Program-made: the position numbers and the translations under genes | The notes under the pieces: model-generated | What the model saw: the letters and a program-made list of their open reading frames with translations, nothing else | What the model was told of the DNA's origin: nothing | Database searches by the model: none | Part shown: one piece after another, positions 1-12,917 of the stretch | Layout: every line of letters starts with the position of its first letter | Numbering within the stretch: position 1 is the first letter of the stretch | Assembly: GCA_030704615.1 (NCBI GenBank) | Contig: CM060734.1 | Span: forward strand, 30,132,001-30,196,000 | Direction: 5' to 3' | DNA from: Takakia lepidozioides | Lineage: Eukaryota; Plantae; Bryophyta | Length of the DNA stretch: 64,000 nucleotides

Positions 1-136
1 CACCTTACGTACATCATCCAAGATCTCTGCAGTTCTGCTTACTCGACGTATACTGTACATTTTCCTGTACAACACCAATTATTTCACAATGCTTGTAACG
101 GTGCTCATACGAGTGTATGTTGCTCCTCGTCTACAG

Positions 137-1209
137 GGGTATGCTTCAAGGGCAGGTGCCCATCTTCTAGAAGTTAAGATGCCCTTTCCAGTATTCTCTG
201 CTGAGCAGATTCTCCACAGTTTCGAAGGAGCTTTGAAGAGAGAGAGGGCAGAGAACCCCTCTCGAGCAATTCGCCTTGCAGTGATTGATCACATAACATC
301 CATGCCGTCAATTGTTCAACCTATTCCGGAGCTCGTAAGACTCTGCCGCAAATATGGGGTGGAGCAGATCTTTGTCGATGGAGCGCATGCAATTGGGAAT
401 GTTGACATCAATGTGCAAGAAATAGATGCAGATTACTACATGAGTAATGTGCACAAGTGGCTTTTTGCCCCTTCCACTGTGGCTTTCTTCCATTGCAAGC
501 CACAACATCTGTCACGGCTTCATCACCCTAATGTGTCCCAAAATTATGGGACTGGTCTGGTAACCGAATGTGATTGGGTGGGTACTCGTGATTACTGTGC
601 TCTGTTAGCAGTGCCAGCAGCAATCAAATTTATTAAGGACTTGGCTGGGAGTATTGAAGCATATAGTGAGTATAATCACAAGAAAGTGGTGGCTATGGGG
701 GAAATGCTTGCAACTGCTTGGGGCACACACTTGGGAGCACCGCAAGAGCTTTGTGCCGCAATGGTTATGGTTGGCCTGCCTCCATCCCTCAATGTCCACT
801 CTCAGGTATTGTTTGCTCTTGTAATCAATATCTGGCGTATGATGATTTACCTTAGTCTGGAACTCAGGCAACATATAAACCCTCTTTTTTCTGGTTGAGG
901 TGCTTTCCCTGCAAGTAATGGACACAAGAATTGGTATCTGACCATATGGAGTTGGACTTTCAGGATGACGCCCTCAAGATGCGGGTACGCCTGCGGCATG
1001 AATTTCAAGTTGAAGTTCCCCTTTTCTATGCAGGGAAACCAAGTCTGGTATTTGAGAGGGATTCACTGTCAGGTGACCATCAGGGCAGGCAGACGGAGGT
1101 GATTGTGTATGCACGGATTTCTCATCAAATCTACAACCGAATGGAGGACTACTGTGTTCTTAGAGATGCAGTCAATTCTCTTTCAGGAATTAGCCCGTCC
1201 ACACCTTGA
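137..1209 (+). CDS. LCD: L-cysteine desulfhydrase (PLP-dependent aminotransferase class V), last two exons; 5' exons lie upstream of the window
   Basis: Exon 137-805 (ctacag|GGG TAT ... CAG|gtatt) and exon 964-1209 (tttcag|GAT GAC ... TGA). Motifs IDHITSMP, FVDGAHAIG, SNVHKW (PLP lysine), WVGTRDY, AWGT and RISHQIYN match plant LCD throughout. Confidence 0.93.
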
Positions 1210-1741
1210 GACACCTTCTTTATGGATGTATACATGTAAATAAATGTGCACAAACAACTGAGATGTATGATTGCTGGATAGGCGGGCTGTTTAGCCTGTA
1301 GACAAAAATTGCAGTCTGTCCAGCTTCAGACTAATGCAAATTGCAACCCGCAATGAAATCGACCCTTCATTTATTGGGCCTTCCAATATGAATTACCATA
1401 CTTTGAATGAGTTAAAGCTTTCCAAAGTGTGACAAATCAAATTCAAATTCAGAAGTGCAAACCCTTCAATCGGACATGGATAGAGCCTTCAATGTACATA
1501 GAACAAGATAGAGATTGAAAGGTAGACACCCTGGAGTTTGAGAGACCGAAAGTGTAGTTTTTGTCTGACAAGCTCATTTAACATTAACGAACTCAAAAGA
1601 ACGTCACAGCAGCTGATTCAGAACCCCCAACCCAACAAGAAAAACAGATCAGTTGCTTCACAAGTCTCCACCTGGGAAACAATTTGCTTGACCGTCGCCT
1701 GCATTGTCTCAATGTGACGAAGGTCGATGGCCTGGTACAAA

Positions 1742-1900
1742 CCCACCAAGAACGTGGAGCTCATGGCTTAAGAATCTCCACAGATTCCGCAGTTTTGCGT
1801 GCGGACACCAATCCCAGCCATCCCCACCAAGAACGCGGAGCTCATGAGCTTAAGAATCTCCATAGATTCCTCAGTTTTGCGTGCGGACACCAATCTCAGC
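1742..1900. repeat. Tandem duplication of an ~81-bp unit
   Basis: cccaccaagaacg(t/c)ggagctcatg...gcggacaccaatc(c/t)cagc occurs at 1742-1818 and 1823-1900. Confidence 0.85.
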
Positions 1901-4126
1901 GAGTTGCCATCCTGGTTGAGCTGCTCAGTACTTTGTACATGGGTGGTCACTGGGTTGGCGTCCGAGAGGTAGGACGCCATGGCTATCTCCCCTCCCTTCA
2001 TGCCGTAGTCCACGCTGGGGTTGGGCCCCGTTCAGGTTTGAGGCCAACCCGGTGTAGTAGTCGTTGACTAGCTCAGAGAACTGTGCAAACGTGAGCTTCC
2101 AGCAATGGCTAACCGCATGCTGTCCATGGAGACTCCAATGGGAGTTCCCTTAAAGTTTCCGCCATGCAGAGCTCTGTCCCCAGCAGCATCAATATTGGGT
2201 TGTCATTCACCGAGATGATTATCCAGGCAACAAATACTCCTTGACCAGCGGCCTCGTTTTAGAACATCTTTGCGAAGTATGATTACATGATTGTTGATTA
2301 AGACTCAGTGGCAACCTGGCTTACCACTCCAATGCCTACCCCTAGATATTTATCGTTCTCCTTGTCAGATTGATAGTCACAATCCTACCTAGCCCACAAG
2401 TGTGTGATAGTATTCCCAGCTATGGTGAAAGAGAAACTAGTTTTCTTTAGATGATTATGCACTTCATCTTAATCTGCAGGGACTAGAAACTCTCCCGTTT
2501 GGGTCTGGATTTCTTGTTCCACAAAGAAAAAAAAAAAGAATTGTTCTAGTACAAATTATAATGAGATACTAAGATATGCAATCTGAACTTACAACATTGA
2601 CGCTATCAGGTGGTTCAAATGCACTAACTAGGTAGCCTACCTCGTCTACAGTTTGCATGTTTCCTAGGTCCACTTGACAATGGTGCAACTTCACTGTAGA
2701 AATTTGCTAGCTACTTACTGTCCCAACGTCGGTGAAAACCGGTCTCGGATGGTCCTTGACCTGAGAAACCGAACAATAACAACCCCTCTTCTGGCAGCTA
2801 GATAGTTTGTCATCGTCAACCCTGCGCCGCAAAGACAAACCCAGGCCTACTTGCCCAGTCCAATCTTCAGTGACTTGGACTTGCAGTCTCTAAAACATTT
2901 CGAAGGGTCGCCGAATGTCCATTCATGTCATGCTTCGGCTGGCACGCGCGAAGAAGCAGCAACGGTGAGAAGCCTTATTAGCTGCCTGCTAGCCAGCAGG
3001 TGCATAGTGCATGCACTGATGGCAGAAGGCAGGATGGTTCCTACCCCATTGGCCAAGAGGCTGGGCCCAGCGTCCAGGTCTACCAGCAGGGGCGGGTTTC
3101 GGTTTGGTTCCTACTACGGGAACCACCCAACAGTGGTTAACCGGGGCCAGTCTAGTTAACCACCCAACACTGGGTGGAGCCAGTAAAGTTAGGGACATAG
3201 TACGGAATGGAGTGGCAGATGACAAGTGACCAGCCCCGGGCAAGACACTTTTTTGAGGGCGGCAGCAAACCAGGCGGGCAGAATGTCATCTGCCCGCCCC
3301 CATTCCATTTCGTGGTGGTCAATAGGTAGTTAGAGCAGCCTTCCATGTACCCGGCCCACCGTTGAAGGGAGAAAACGGAGAAAATATGGCCGGGTACACT
3401 TCTCACTTCCATGCATGGGGCGGCGGGCCCGGTCGCCGAGTTCCCGTGTCGGCAGGAAGGATGCCCTTAGTAGATTCTGGATTTGACCTCGTCTGCCCAA
3501 TATTAAGAATAATAAATCCATAAAACATGGGGGACAGATTCCATAATCTGGGATTACAGCCCCCGTCCCGGGCAAAAACCTGTAATCACTTGCCAGGGAA
3601 AATTCCTGTCAGGAAAGCCCTAATTTTAACAAAGCCAAAAAATCTGAAGGTTTTTACGTTTGTATAGATTGTGCCGTTAACAAGCAGAATTGGGGGTGCA
3701 TTCCACCTGGCAGAATGCATCCCATCAGCTCCCCCCAGTGCATTCCGAAATGCAGAATGCACCGGCCATTAGAATTTTTTAAATTTTTTGGCATTTCTTT
3801 ACGCAGGGTAATGCCCCTCATCTGGGGCATTCCTGGATTTCCGGGCCGTCCCCTGGAGATCGCCCTCTGCGTCAGGCCCTTAAAAGGAATGCCCTCCACT
3901 CAGGGCATTACCATATACGAAAAAAGGCCCATATATGCCCACTAAAAAAGGTCATTAATAAGAGACCTAGAAAACAGCAGAATTGACTACATAGTTGACT
4001 ATTACATTATGTAAGGAAAAGAAAAGCCAAAAGATTGTTAGGATGATAATAATGGATGAAGAAATAATTTAAAAAAAAATCTCACTGTTACATACTATAT
4101 ATTGTTTTTTTTTTAAATAGGAAGAG

Positions 4127-4230
4127 GGACGTTGGCCTCAAAATTTTATAAATAATGGACCCGAGAAATATAGAGAGGTAAGGAAAAAATAGCGTTACAT
4201 AAGCCATGAAGGCTGAGAAACGAGACACCG
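4127..4230 (+). repeat. Dispersed repeat; uninterrupted relative of the sequence split by the piggyBac at 21501-24609
   Basis: gggacgttggcctcaaaattttata...aggtaaggaaaaaatagcgttacataagccatgaaggctgagaaacgagaca resembles 21472-21500 joined to 24614-24670. Confidence 0.7.
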
Positions 4231-4536
4231 CTCCAAGCCCATATTGTTCAAAGATCATATCAGTTCACAAGAAGGGGTTATTTTTCAACCTCGTATAAGG
4301 GCCTCCTAGGTTTCCCTTTGTAATATATATGTATACATCAGTTAAAATATATATCCGTATTAGAGTTTATTTATTAAAACATATAAGAAAGAAAGGGCAT
4401 GGGTGCCCTTGCCATACTCAAATTAATAAGAGGACATGGAAAAAAAACCATGCCAAAGGGGCGTGAGGCTAACATAAAGATTGGGTAATACATTTACCAA
4501 ACCCCGCCACTCATGCTGAAGAAAAAGTATGACTAA

Positions 4537-4968
4537 GAGCATCTCCTGCAGCACGGTAAAGCCACCCAGCCGGCGCCAATCTAGTCCCGCCCCAAAGGAC
4601 GGGCCCAAAGTAAACCCCAACGATGCAATAACATCAAATTATTTCTGGCTGGGCCGCTCAAATTTGTCTTTTGCCCCGCCACATTTGGGCATATCTGGCA
4701 GGCTCCAAACCTGGCCAGCCAAATGTTTCAATCGCTTTCCTATCCTAACTACACGTGTCTGCAACCCTCATCAATGCCACACTTTGCCATGCTCTTTATA
4801 GCCAAAGTACGTCCCGCCCCTCCCAGCAAGGCCAAGGTAGCGAGGCACCAGGCTTGCAAGGGAGGGGTTTTTCTACTACTCCTCAGCCATCTTGGGAATC
4901 GGCCCCGCCGAACGGGCCAGTAGCGTGCATTTGGCGGGGCATTTTGGGTTGTACCGCTGGAGATGCTC
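4537..4968. mobile_element. PIF/Harbinger (Tourist-like) MITE
   Basis: TIR GAGCATCTCC at 4537 and GGAGATGCTC ending at 4968; TAA duplication at 4534-4536 and 4969-4971; no coding capacity. Confidence 0.88.
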
Positions 4969-4971
4969 TAA

Positions 4972-5089
4972 GGAAGCGTAAATTATGGTGTCTCTTGAGC
5001 CAAAGGGCTACTGCGTTCCCCGGTGGGAAGGTGTCGTGGATTGACATTGTGGACACCTATGTGCCCATTACCACTGCGCTACAACTTGG
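4972..5089 (-). mobile_element. tRNA-derived SINE-like fragment
   Basis: Reverse complement starts ccaagttgtagcgcagtggtaatgggcacata (A-box-like TAGCGCAGTGG); nearly the same head occurs at 32143 on the + strand. Confidence 0.5.
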
Positions 5090-5610
5090 TAGTCCGGTTG
5101 CGCTTACAACTGACACCGACAGGTCACTGAAAAAATGTCAGCAAGCTACAAGCGAGGTGCTGACACAAAGATCCAAGATGGGTGGGGTTCTTCATCTTCC
5201 AAGATCTGCCAAAAACAGACAGAGAGGAAGCTGACATGCGCATAGAAAAGTCCAAAGGGAGCTAGTAGACCCATTTATTATGGAGGAGAGGAGAAAGACA
5301 GCAGAGAGCATGGAAGCTTCAAAATTCAAGTGTGCTTTGACTTTAGGATCTCTGTTTTTGGTGCTTCCAGAGACAATGTCAATAAGTAAAAAAATAAGGG
5401 TCCCAAATCTTGGCAAGGGTTATTTTTGGAAGCCTTTTGGAACTTACAAAACCAAAAAGAAAGAAAAACAACTCTTGGTCCTACCCAATCATTTTTCTAT
5501 GTTCTCTAGGGTTATTTTATGAACATATTTTTCAAGGGCTCCAATATCCAATACCTCTTTTTCTCCCCCTTTCATTACTAGGTATTAAAAAAGAAAAGAA
5601 GGGTCCACAG

Positions 5611-5875
5611 CAGTGTTTTTTTTTTTGGCGAAAATCGACCTCAAAATATTGAAATGGAATATTCTGTCGTAAATTCCCAGTTTTTTCATGGATGAAATCG
5701 CCAAACTTCTACAAGGGAAAAAAAAAAAGGATGAATTTGCCAAATGTGGATGATATAAATGGATGAAAGTACATAGGAGGATGATTCTATCCAAATTTTC
5801 AATGGATGAACAGAATATATAGCTATTTCTTGTAGCCACTCGTGCTATTTTTCAAATTTAAGAAAAAAATCACTG
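5611..5875. mobile_element. hAT-type MITE
   Basis: TIR CAGTGTTTTTT... / ...AAAAAAATCACTG; perfect 8-bp TSD GTCCACAG at 5603-5610 and 5876-5883. Confidence 0.9.
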
Positions 5876-7464
5876 GTCCACAGTCCACAACAGACAGCTG
5901 GTGGGACTAAGTAAGGGTTTTCTGGGTAACAAGTGTCAAGTGTGGGACTCTACACGTGCCAAAAGTGGATGGATGGGCCGGCCCGCCGCCTACTAACTAG
6001 TCGCTAGGTAGGTACCAACTCAGTTGGGTGGGCTCCGCACGAAAGGTCCCCACGCAAACGCAGTGCGCGATGGCCACGACGGAGGGTGTGTGGACCACGT
6101 CGGCACAGCGTCTCGACTTGTGGTCTTTGTGCTCTGCCCATCAATCGCATCTTGTTTCGACTTGCACGCTCTACCTACACTTGTGGCCTTTCCTTTATTT
6201 CTGTGTTTGGAATGTGGTTGCCATGTTACATGGCTTTGGATGGGGCCACATGCCCACCTTGTGTGTTTTTTTTTCCCTTTTTGTTTTTTGTTGTGTAAAA
6301 GGGGAGGAAGCCCTTGAGAGCTTTATTGGGTTGCGTTTTTTATTGTAATTTGATCAAAAGGGGTCCAATCTAGTAGTTTTGTTGGCTTTTTTATTATGTA
6401 AGTGGAGAACATTGACTGTGGCAAAGAGACTCACAAGACCGTATTGGGAGCTTTAGAATGTAAATTGGACCAAACTCCACAACTGAACAATATTGCCGGT
6501 ACTTTCCTTTTAACACGATAACACCATTGTCAACGACGGAATAATATGTCTCAATGATGGGACCAATTTCATATTCAGGGACTTGCAAGGAAAAGTCTTG
6601 CAAGGAAAAGTCGTAGTATTTCAAAAGGCAGCTATACATCATAGGGCATATCAGTTAGTTAGTATGGGGGCTTCAAAAGTTACAACGTGTCCCCTAACTT
6701 CCCACCATGTCATGTGCGCAAGTCCCACCAAATGCCCACAACTTTGCCGTATCAGAGTATGAAATGGGTCCCATCATGGAGCGACCATGTATGATGATGC
6801 ATAGTGGTTACGTCGACTTTGGCAGGAGTCCTCTGATGTGCCCTTCACCATGTGTCACAGTATGAAATGGGTCCCATCGTCGAAAGTCTATGGGTGAAGT
6901 AGTTAGGTGGACTTTGGCCAGACTCCTCTCTCTCTTTCTTTTTCAATTGTGGTGTTTAGTCCCACCACTAGATTTCAGTGGATCTAGTAGTGGATCTAGT
7001 AAGTACCAGACTTTGAGAAATCATATCAATCTCATATCTTAACTGTAATTCATGAAACAAATTACATCTTATTTCTTTTTTATTTGCTAATCCATGAAAA
7101 TTGTTCTCATATTCTTCTGATCATTCTATCCATGTGAACTAACTAGACTGTCCATTTTAGGTTCGTCTGCCTTACTGTCAACCAAGGTTTGAGCTTTGGA
7201 AAAAGTGTCCGACAAGAATAGCCACACTAAGGTAAATCTGAGCAATTGAATAGTGGACGGTGAGATGCCCCCACAATGCCCTGAGGTAAATCTAGCCTCT
7301 GCTGGACCCCTGTGATAGCAATGCACAGCTACCTCTGCTAAATACCTCATATACGAATATCACATAGAGCAAAGAATGAGAGGAATAGATAAAGAGGCAA
7401 AGAGCATTTGCTGCATCACATCTCTTTAACCTTTTTCTTGGAGCCTGGCAAGGTTAGAGCTTAA

Positions 7465-8278
7465 CCCTTAAGTTCCTAAGCCCTTTTTTGACTTTTTACC
7501 AATTCTGGGTATCCAGCTGCAGTAAATTACCCCTAGAATCCTACCAAAAATCATCCGAGATTCCAGCCTTATAGCAGTGGGCCCACCTCATTTATGCATG
7601 ACATACCAAAAATGAGCTAAGTCCACCTTGGAAATTGTGAGATTATAACATTGGCCTGGACCTCAAATATCAGGTCCCAAAGAAAAAGTGAGAAAGAAAT
7701 TGGTTTGACCGAATCAAATTTATCCAATTTTGCTTGCCCCAAGACCCACCATTTCCAAATCAATAGCGGAGTGGCTATGACCCCACTAAATTGCAGGTCC
7801 CGTTGATTTTTTCACTTACGGTTGCTTTGCATGCAATTACATAGGGGTTGAAATCTCAAAATTGACAAGAGAAAATGTGCCTCCAAATGAAGTACTTTTT
7901 TTTTCTACAAATTTTTTAAAAGCAATGGTGGATGTGTGTATGTAATGCTCACACACCACAAGGTGAAGTGTTTTTTCCAAAATTGTTAATTTTCTGCCAA
8001 AAATGGCTTTTGGAGTGCAATCTGTTCTGGGCTTGTTTACCTGCCACGTCAGCGGTCAACAAGCCCTTTTCAGGCCAAAAACGTAAATGAGAGATCTAAG
8101 ATATTTTTTGTAGGTCGTAGCTTTTGTTTTTTTTTAACTTTGTTTTCTACATCATACTCGAGACAAATCCCTTGTCATTAAAGCTTCAGGAGTGGGCCCC
8201 ATCAGATTAGATATGTAAAAATTAGGTCCAACTGCAAATTCAAAGTGACCCGATTCAGGTCGCTTGGGAACTTAAGAG
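7465..8278. mobile_element. Non-autonomous piggyBac-type MITE
   Basis: TTAA (7461-7464) then CCCTTAAGTTCCTAAGC ... GCTTGGGAACTTAAGAG then TTAA (8279-8282); 17-bp TIRs with 15/17 identity. Confidence 0.85.
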
Positions 8279-11200
8279 TTAAAGTGTCCAATTTATTTGC
8301 AGCCAGAGAGTTACCATCTTCATGCAGTTGCATCATACTCAGGTATTGTTGTTCAAAGCTGGTCGCAAATCTCCTTGGCTTGAATGCATATGAGGTCAAG
8401 GCCCTCCAAGCTTAGTGGTATGTAGCCTGTGCAACAATGGGCTGGTCTAATGAAGATGAAAAAGGTGCATCAACAGCATTAACAAATCAAGTGCATCCAC
8501 ACAAGCTATTGGAAGTACTATATAAGCAATAACCTTTTTTTATGGCAAAAGCATATGCCAACATAGTACATGCTAGCTTCCAAGAATGTAAGCAACCCAA
8601 GGATAAATTACAATCCTGGGGTCAACAAATCCTTCAGTAGTTTGCCTTGCAAAAAGTCGGTCAATTGATGCCCTTCTGTTCAACCCATTAGACTCTCCTA
8701 GGCAAGTCTGTCACTGAGACGAAGGAAGCAAAACAATCGAAATTGTTTGTTAATGTTGGAAATCTTGAACAGCTAGAGAATAGCACCATACTACTACTGG
8801 ACTTTGGCCTTGGCGGGCTGCTTCTTCCGCGTCTGACGATAGGATGCATTTTTCATACCCAGAAAGAATAGAAGACCTCCAAAGAGTGACAGATTCTGCA
8901 CTCAGATGAAGATGCCATTTGTTAGAAAGGAAAACTTGTGGACTTTTTGAATCTGTCTTGGCTCTAGCAAAATCATACCCAAACAGAGAACCCAAACGGA
9001 AAGGAAATTTAAAGTCCTGCAAGTTAAAGAGCATACAGCTCTATCCACAGCCACCCAGGGGGTGGGGGGGGGGTGGAAAAAACTTTTTATGTCCACACGT
9101 ACACAGAAGGTACTCTTAAGGCAATAGCCCCATGGCCACAGAGAATGTACTCATTGGACGTTTGTTGTAGACTTGGCCATTGACCCAGCGCCCAGTTTGG
9201 GCGGGTCAGAGAGAGGAGAAATACAACAACATAATTGATCATCCTAATGCTCATTGTGTGTGCTTCACCTATCCAGATATGCACCTCTGGTAGACCTCAG
9301 CAATCTGAGTTCACTTTCCACCAAATACTAGTCCACCGATAACATTACCGACATTAGAGATCAAACGTGGGCCCAGCTTTTGCAATAGCTTCCTGGCACT
9401 CCCTGTCAGGCCTAACCAATAAGTGAATAACAACATGCCAGCCAGAAAGAAACTAAATAGGAGGCCTTACCTTCAAGAATTGATTGAATTGGTGAATATA
9501 CTCTGGGCTTGAGAGATCAAAATTGTAGAAATCATGCATAATTGGTGTCACTGCTGCCAAGAAGATAAGCTGCATCAACCACCCAAGTGAATGTCACAGC
9601 AGCCAGTTTTTCTGGACCCTTGCAACACATATCCTTCTCTTTCTTTGACCCCAACTTTAGCCTGCACTCCTCCTTCAATACAAAGACTGCTATCTTGCTC
9701 CAGACTTTCACTGACTTCCTTCCCTGCTGCTATGCAGCCAAAAAATGCCCCTTCACCAACGTCCTTGTGAAAGCATCTTAGGGGAGCAAAGGGATCTTCT
9801 ACTCTTGTACACTAGTTGTTAAATATTCTGATGACAAAGCCCTTACAGAGTTAGAAGGGGTTGTCGAACTGATATGGTAAGGTTGCTCATTGAGTTCCAT
9901 CATGGAGTGAGTGTTGCCACAAACCTGGCTTACAACTTTCACATGGGGGTTTTAGTCCTTAGGGCTCCTGCTTTACCAAGGCATGCACTTAGCAATCACG
10001 GGCCCAGAATCTGGACAAAGTATCATTCAAGTACCATCTCTCATGCAATGTTGGGACGGAGCTAATGTGATTTACTAGGCTGACTTGGTACAAAATCTCA
10101 GACACATGACTTGAAAGTCACCATCCCCTTTTGAACTATATGTGTTAAATCTTACTAAACAGAGGTCTCACAAGTATTTGAACACGAATTTCCAGTGGCC
10201 TTCTCTTGAAAGCGTGGCAGTCACCAATGATGATGTAAGTGGAATTCTACTGGGATGATCTTGAGACTTGTTAATTAGAAAGTATAATGGAAAAACTTGG
10301 ATGGCACTGATGTCACACTTGAAACCTTCCAGCACCGTGAGTACCACCCCCTACTTCACAGCGCTATTACGTCTACTGATTCTATCCATGGAGACAATAT
10401 CAAAGCCAGAAGGTTTTACAACTAAGAAGACCTGATACAGAATCAAATGTAAGAGTGCTACAAACCAGCAGATAGGCACCCAAGCTGCTGCCAAAGGTGA
10501 AAAGAAAGCCACCAAGACCCTCCAACCCAATGGCCACCATCAACAAATGTTTTGTCTGCAACCAAAAATCAGACAACAGTTAACTAAAATAACCCAATGT
10601 CTTTGCGCCCAACTTCATATCGCACTCTGACATTAGAGTGATCACAAATAAACTTCCATTAACCCAGTGTTTGAGTACTCCTTTGAAAGTTCTGTGAACA
10701 GCTCTTCATGATATACTACCCAGAAGAATCACTCTTCTTACCTACTATACTTTTGCACCAAATAAGTGCAAAAGTACTATACTTTTGCACGAGCCTTCAC
10801 CAGGTACTGGATATTCAACCGCTTTGACGTCATATAGCTCTTGCACTAGACAAACGTGATGTCAATCACCATCATACGAGCATGCCATCAGATATCTAAA
10901 TAGACTGCTACTTTCAAATTCCCTTCCTTCCGGACAACACACCAGATGAAGGGTTGTAGGTGTACCTCAACAGCTGGCAGTGCGAAACTAAGAGTCTCTT
11001 GAACATGCTTCTGAAACAGCTCAAACTTTGGAGCCAGCGCTTTAAGGGCTCCTCCCCCATCTTCGCCAAAATCCTGGATTCTGAGAGGGGAAACACGCAA
11101 GGTCATGTACAATAGCATATGAGTACCCTAGCACGAAAGAAATCTGTCGTTATCGAAAAGAATTGCATTAAAAATTGATACAGAATGTCTTCCAGAAAAT

Positions 11201-12917
11201 ATTCAAAAAAAATGCTCAAATCCATGGAAGACCAACGAACGTGAACTGAAGCAAACAAAATGGATAAGCAAGAACAACAGAACGACTGTTCGCAGAACAT
11301 CTCTCCAACGATTACAAACTAATCTCCAAGAAAGGACTAAGGGTAAGCTTTGCCAAGGTACTTGTGGAGCACCGCTAGACAACCTAACCATACACTGGAC
11401 GCTAGCATCACAACAACCACGCACATAAAATCCGAGATTGCCGACAACATGACCACATCACGAAGACTGTCAGCATACGGAAATACGAGGGGACCATGGA
11501 GGAGACAATGTAGAACCAGTGAGGAGGAAATTTGTAAACTTACTTCTGCCATGCGGCCAGAATGAAGATAGCCGAGAAGAGCACACGGCCTATAAACGAT
11601 ATGAAACCCATCTCTCCTCTCGGATCGACAGTACCGCCAGGGATGAACCCACAACTAGGGAAGACTCCTACCACTTCCACCGTTTGTAACAACTTCAATC
11701 ACGGAGACATCCGCTATGGCAGGGGCCACCAGACCAGTGCGCACCCGCACCTGGTGCCCTACAGCTCCCTCACGTCCGAGCTCTCGCACCCCCCAACACA
11801 CAGACGCAGGGGGAGAGAAAGGGGTTTAAAGAACCGACCCAGCCGGTCACCCAGCCGTTCCAAAGTTCCCAAGTATGAACTGTTTGTTCTGAATACTCTG
11901 AAGTCTTGCACTCTCCTTTCCATCCCACATTCTACAGTCTGTTTGGTTGCAGAAATTTTGCTACTTCTCACTTTTGCTCCCCATCAAGAAAGCCTTGCTT
12001 GACCTTCAGTGGAGCCATTGATCTGAATGTGTGCTCTGCTACAACTTGTAGAGCAGTCTTGTGAGGTGAGCAACTGCCTCCCAGCAACTGTTGGAATGGC
12101 TTTCAAAGGCACAGATTGACCCAAGCCCTCATAGACTTGAGTTGGTCAATCATCTGTCTATCACTTTTGTAATATTGTGTACACCTTAAGAACTTGACAC
12201 AGTTCCTTCATACCTAGCAATGTGGGTGACAGTTGAGGTTTGCCAGGTCTGGATGTCACATCAATTTGGACACCTGCTGCTTCACACTAGGCATTGTGCA
12301 CGAGGAGTGATCTTTTGGTTTATCTTGAGGGTGCTGAGCTCGATGACAATATGCTCTGCAGGTGTGACCCAAAAGGAAATATGATGCAGATGAATTGCCA
12401 GTGAAAGAGGCTTGAGGCTGCGGGGAAGTGGAGGCCCACCAATATGATGACACAAACCAGTCTCCGGATCTGCTGCAGTTACTCTTCAAGTATTCCTTCC
12501 CTGTGTTATCTCATGACCTTTGAATCACTGCAGGTAACGCCTCCTAAGGGCACGCATCCAACTTTCAGGAATCCAATGCCTTCATTTCCACTACTCTCTC
12601 CCATGGTCACTCAGCAACATTTCTCTACATGCTGCAGGCAGTCACTACAGGCATCTCATGAAATGTTAGCCTACCATCACACTAGCAGTCAAGATATTTT
12701 CCCAACCAGACTCGGTTCATGCCACCAAGATTTGCATCAAACAATATAGTTGCATTTTGCAACATTAGTGAGCTCTCCCCGAACAACATAGGATCCCTAA
12801 CAGCCCAGGGTGCTCACTGCTCACCCCTTTGACGAATGTTTACCCGATTAAGATTGAATTAAGCATTTCCTCTCTAACAAGACTGGCAAGCATTGTTTCT
12901 GCAAACACAACAGGTTC

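Noticed and set aside
3150-3945. GC-rich region with small hairpins (tgcattc...gaatgca), possibly a MITE
   Set aside because: I could not find matching TIRs or a TSD.
8290-10060. Possible highly decayed hAT transposase on the minus strand (faint WNS and LPIACVDA motifs)
   Set aside because: Too many stops and too little similarity to support by eye; it needs BLASTX.
10888-12002. Several 60-146 aa ORFs on both strands
   Set aside because: No recognisable motifs or consistent splice structure; treated as unassigned intergenic or TE-derived sequence.
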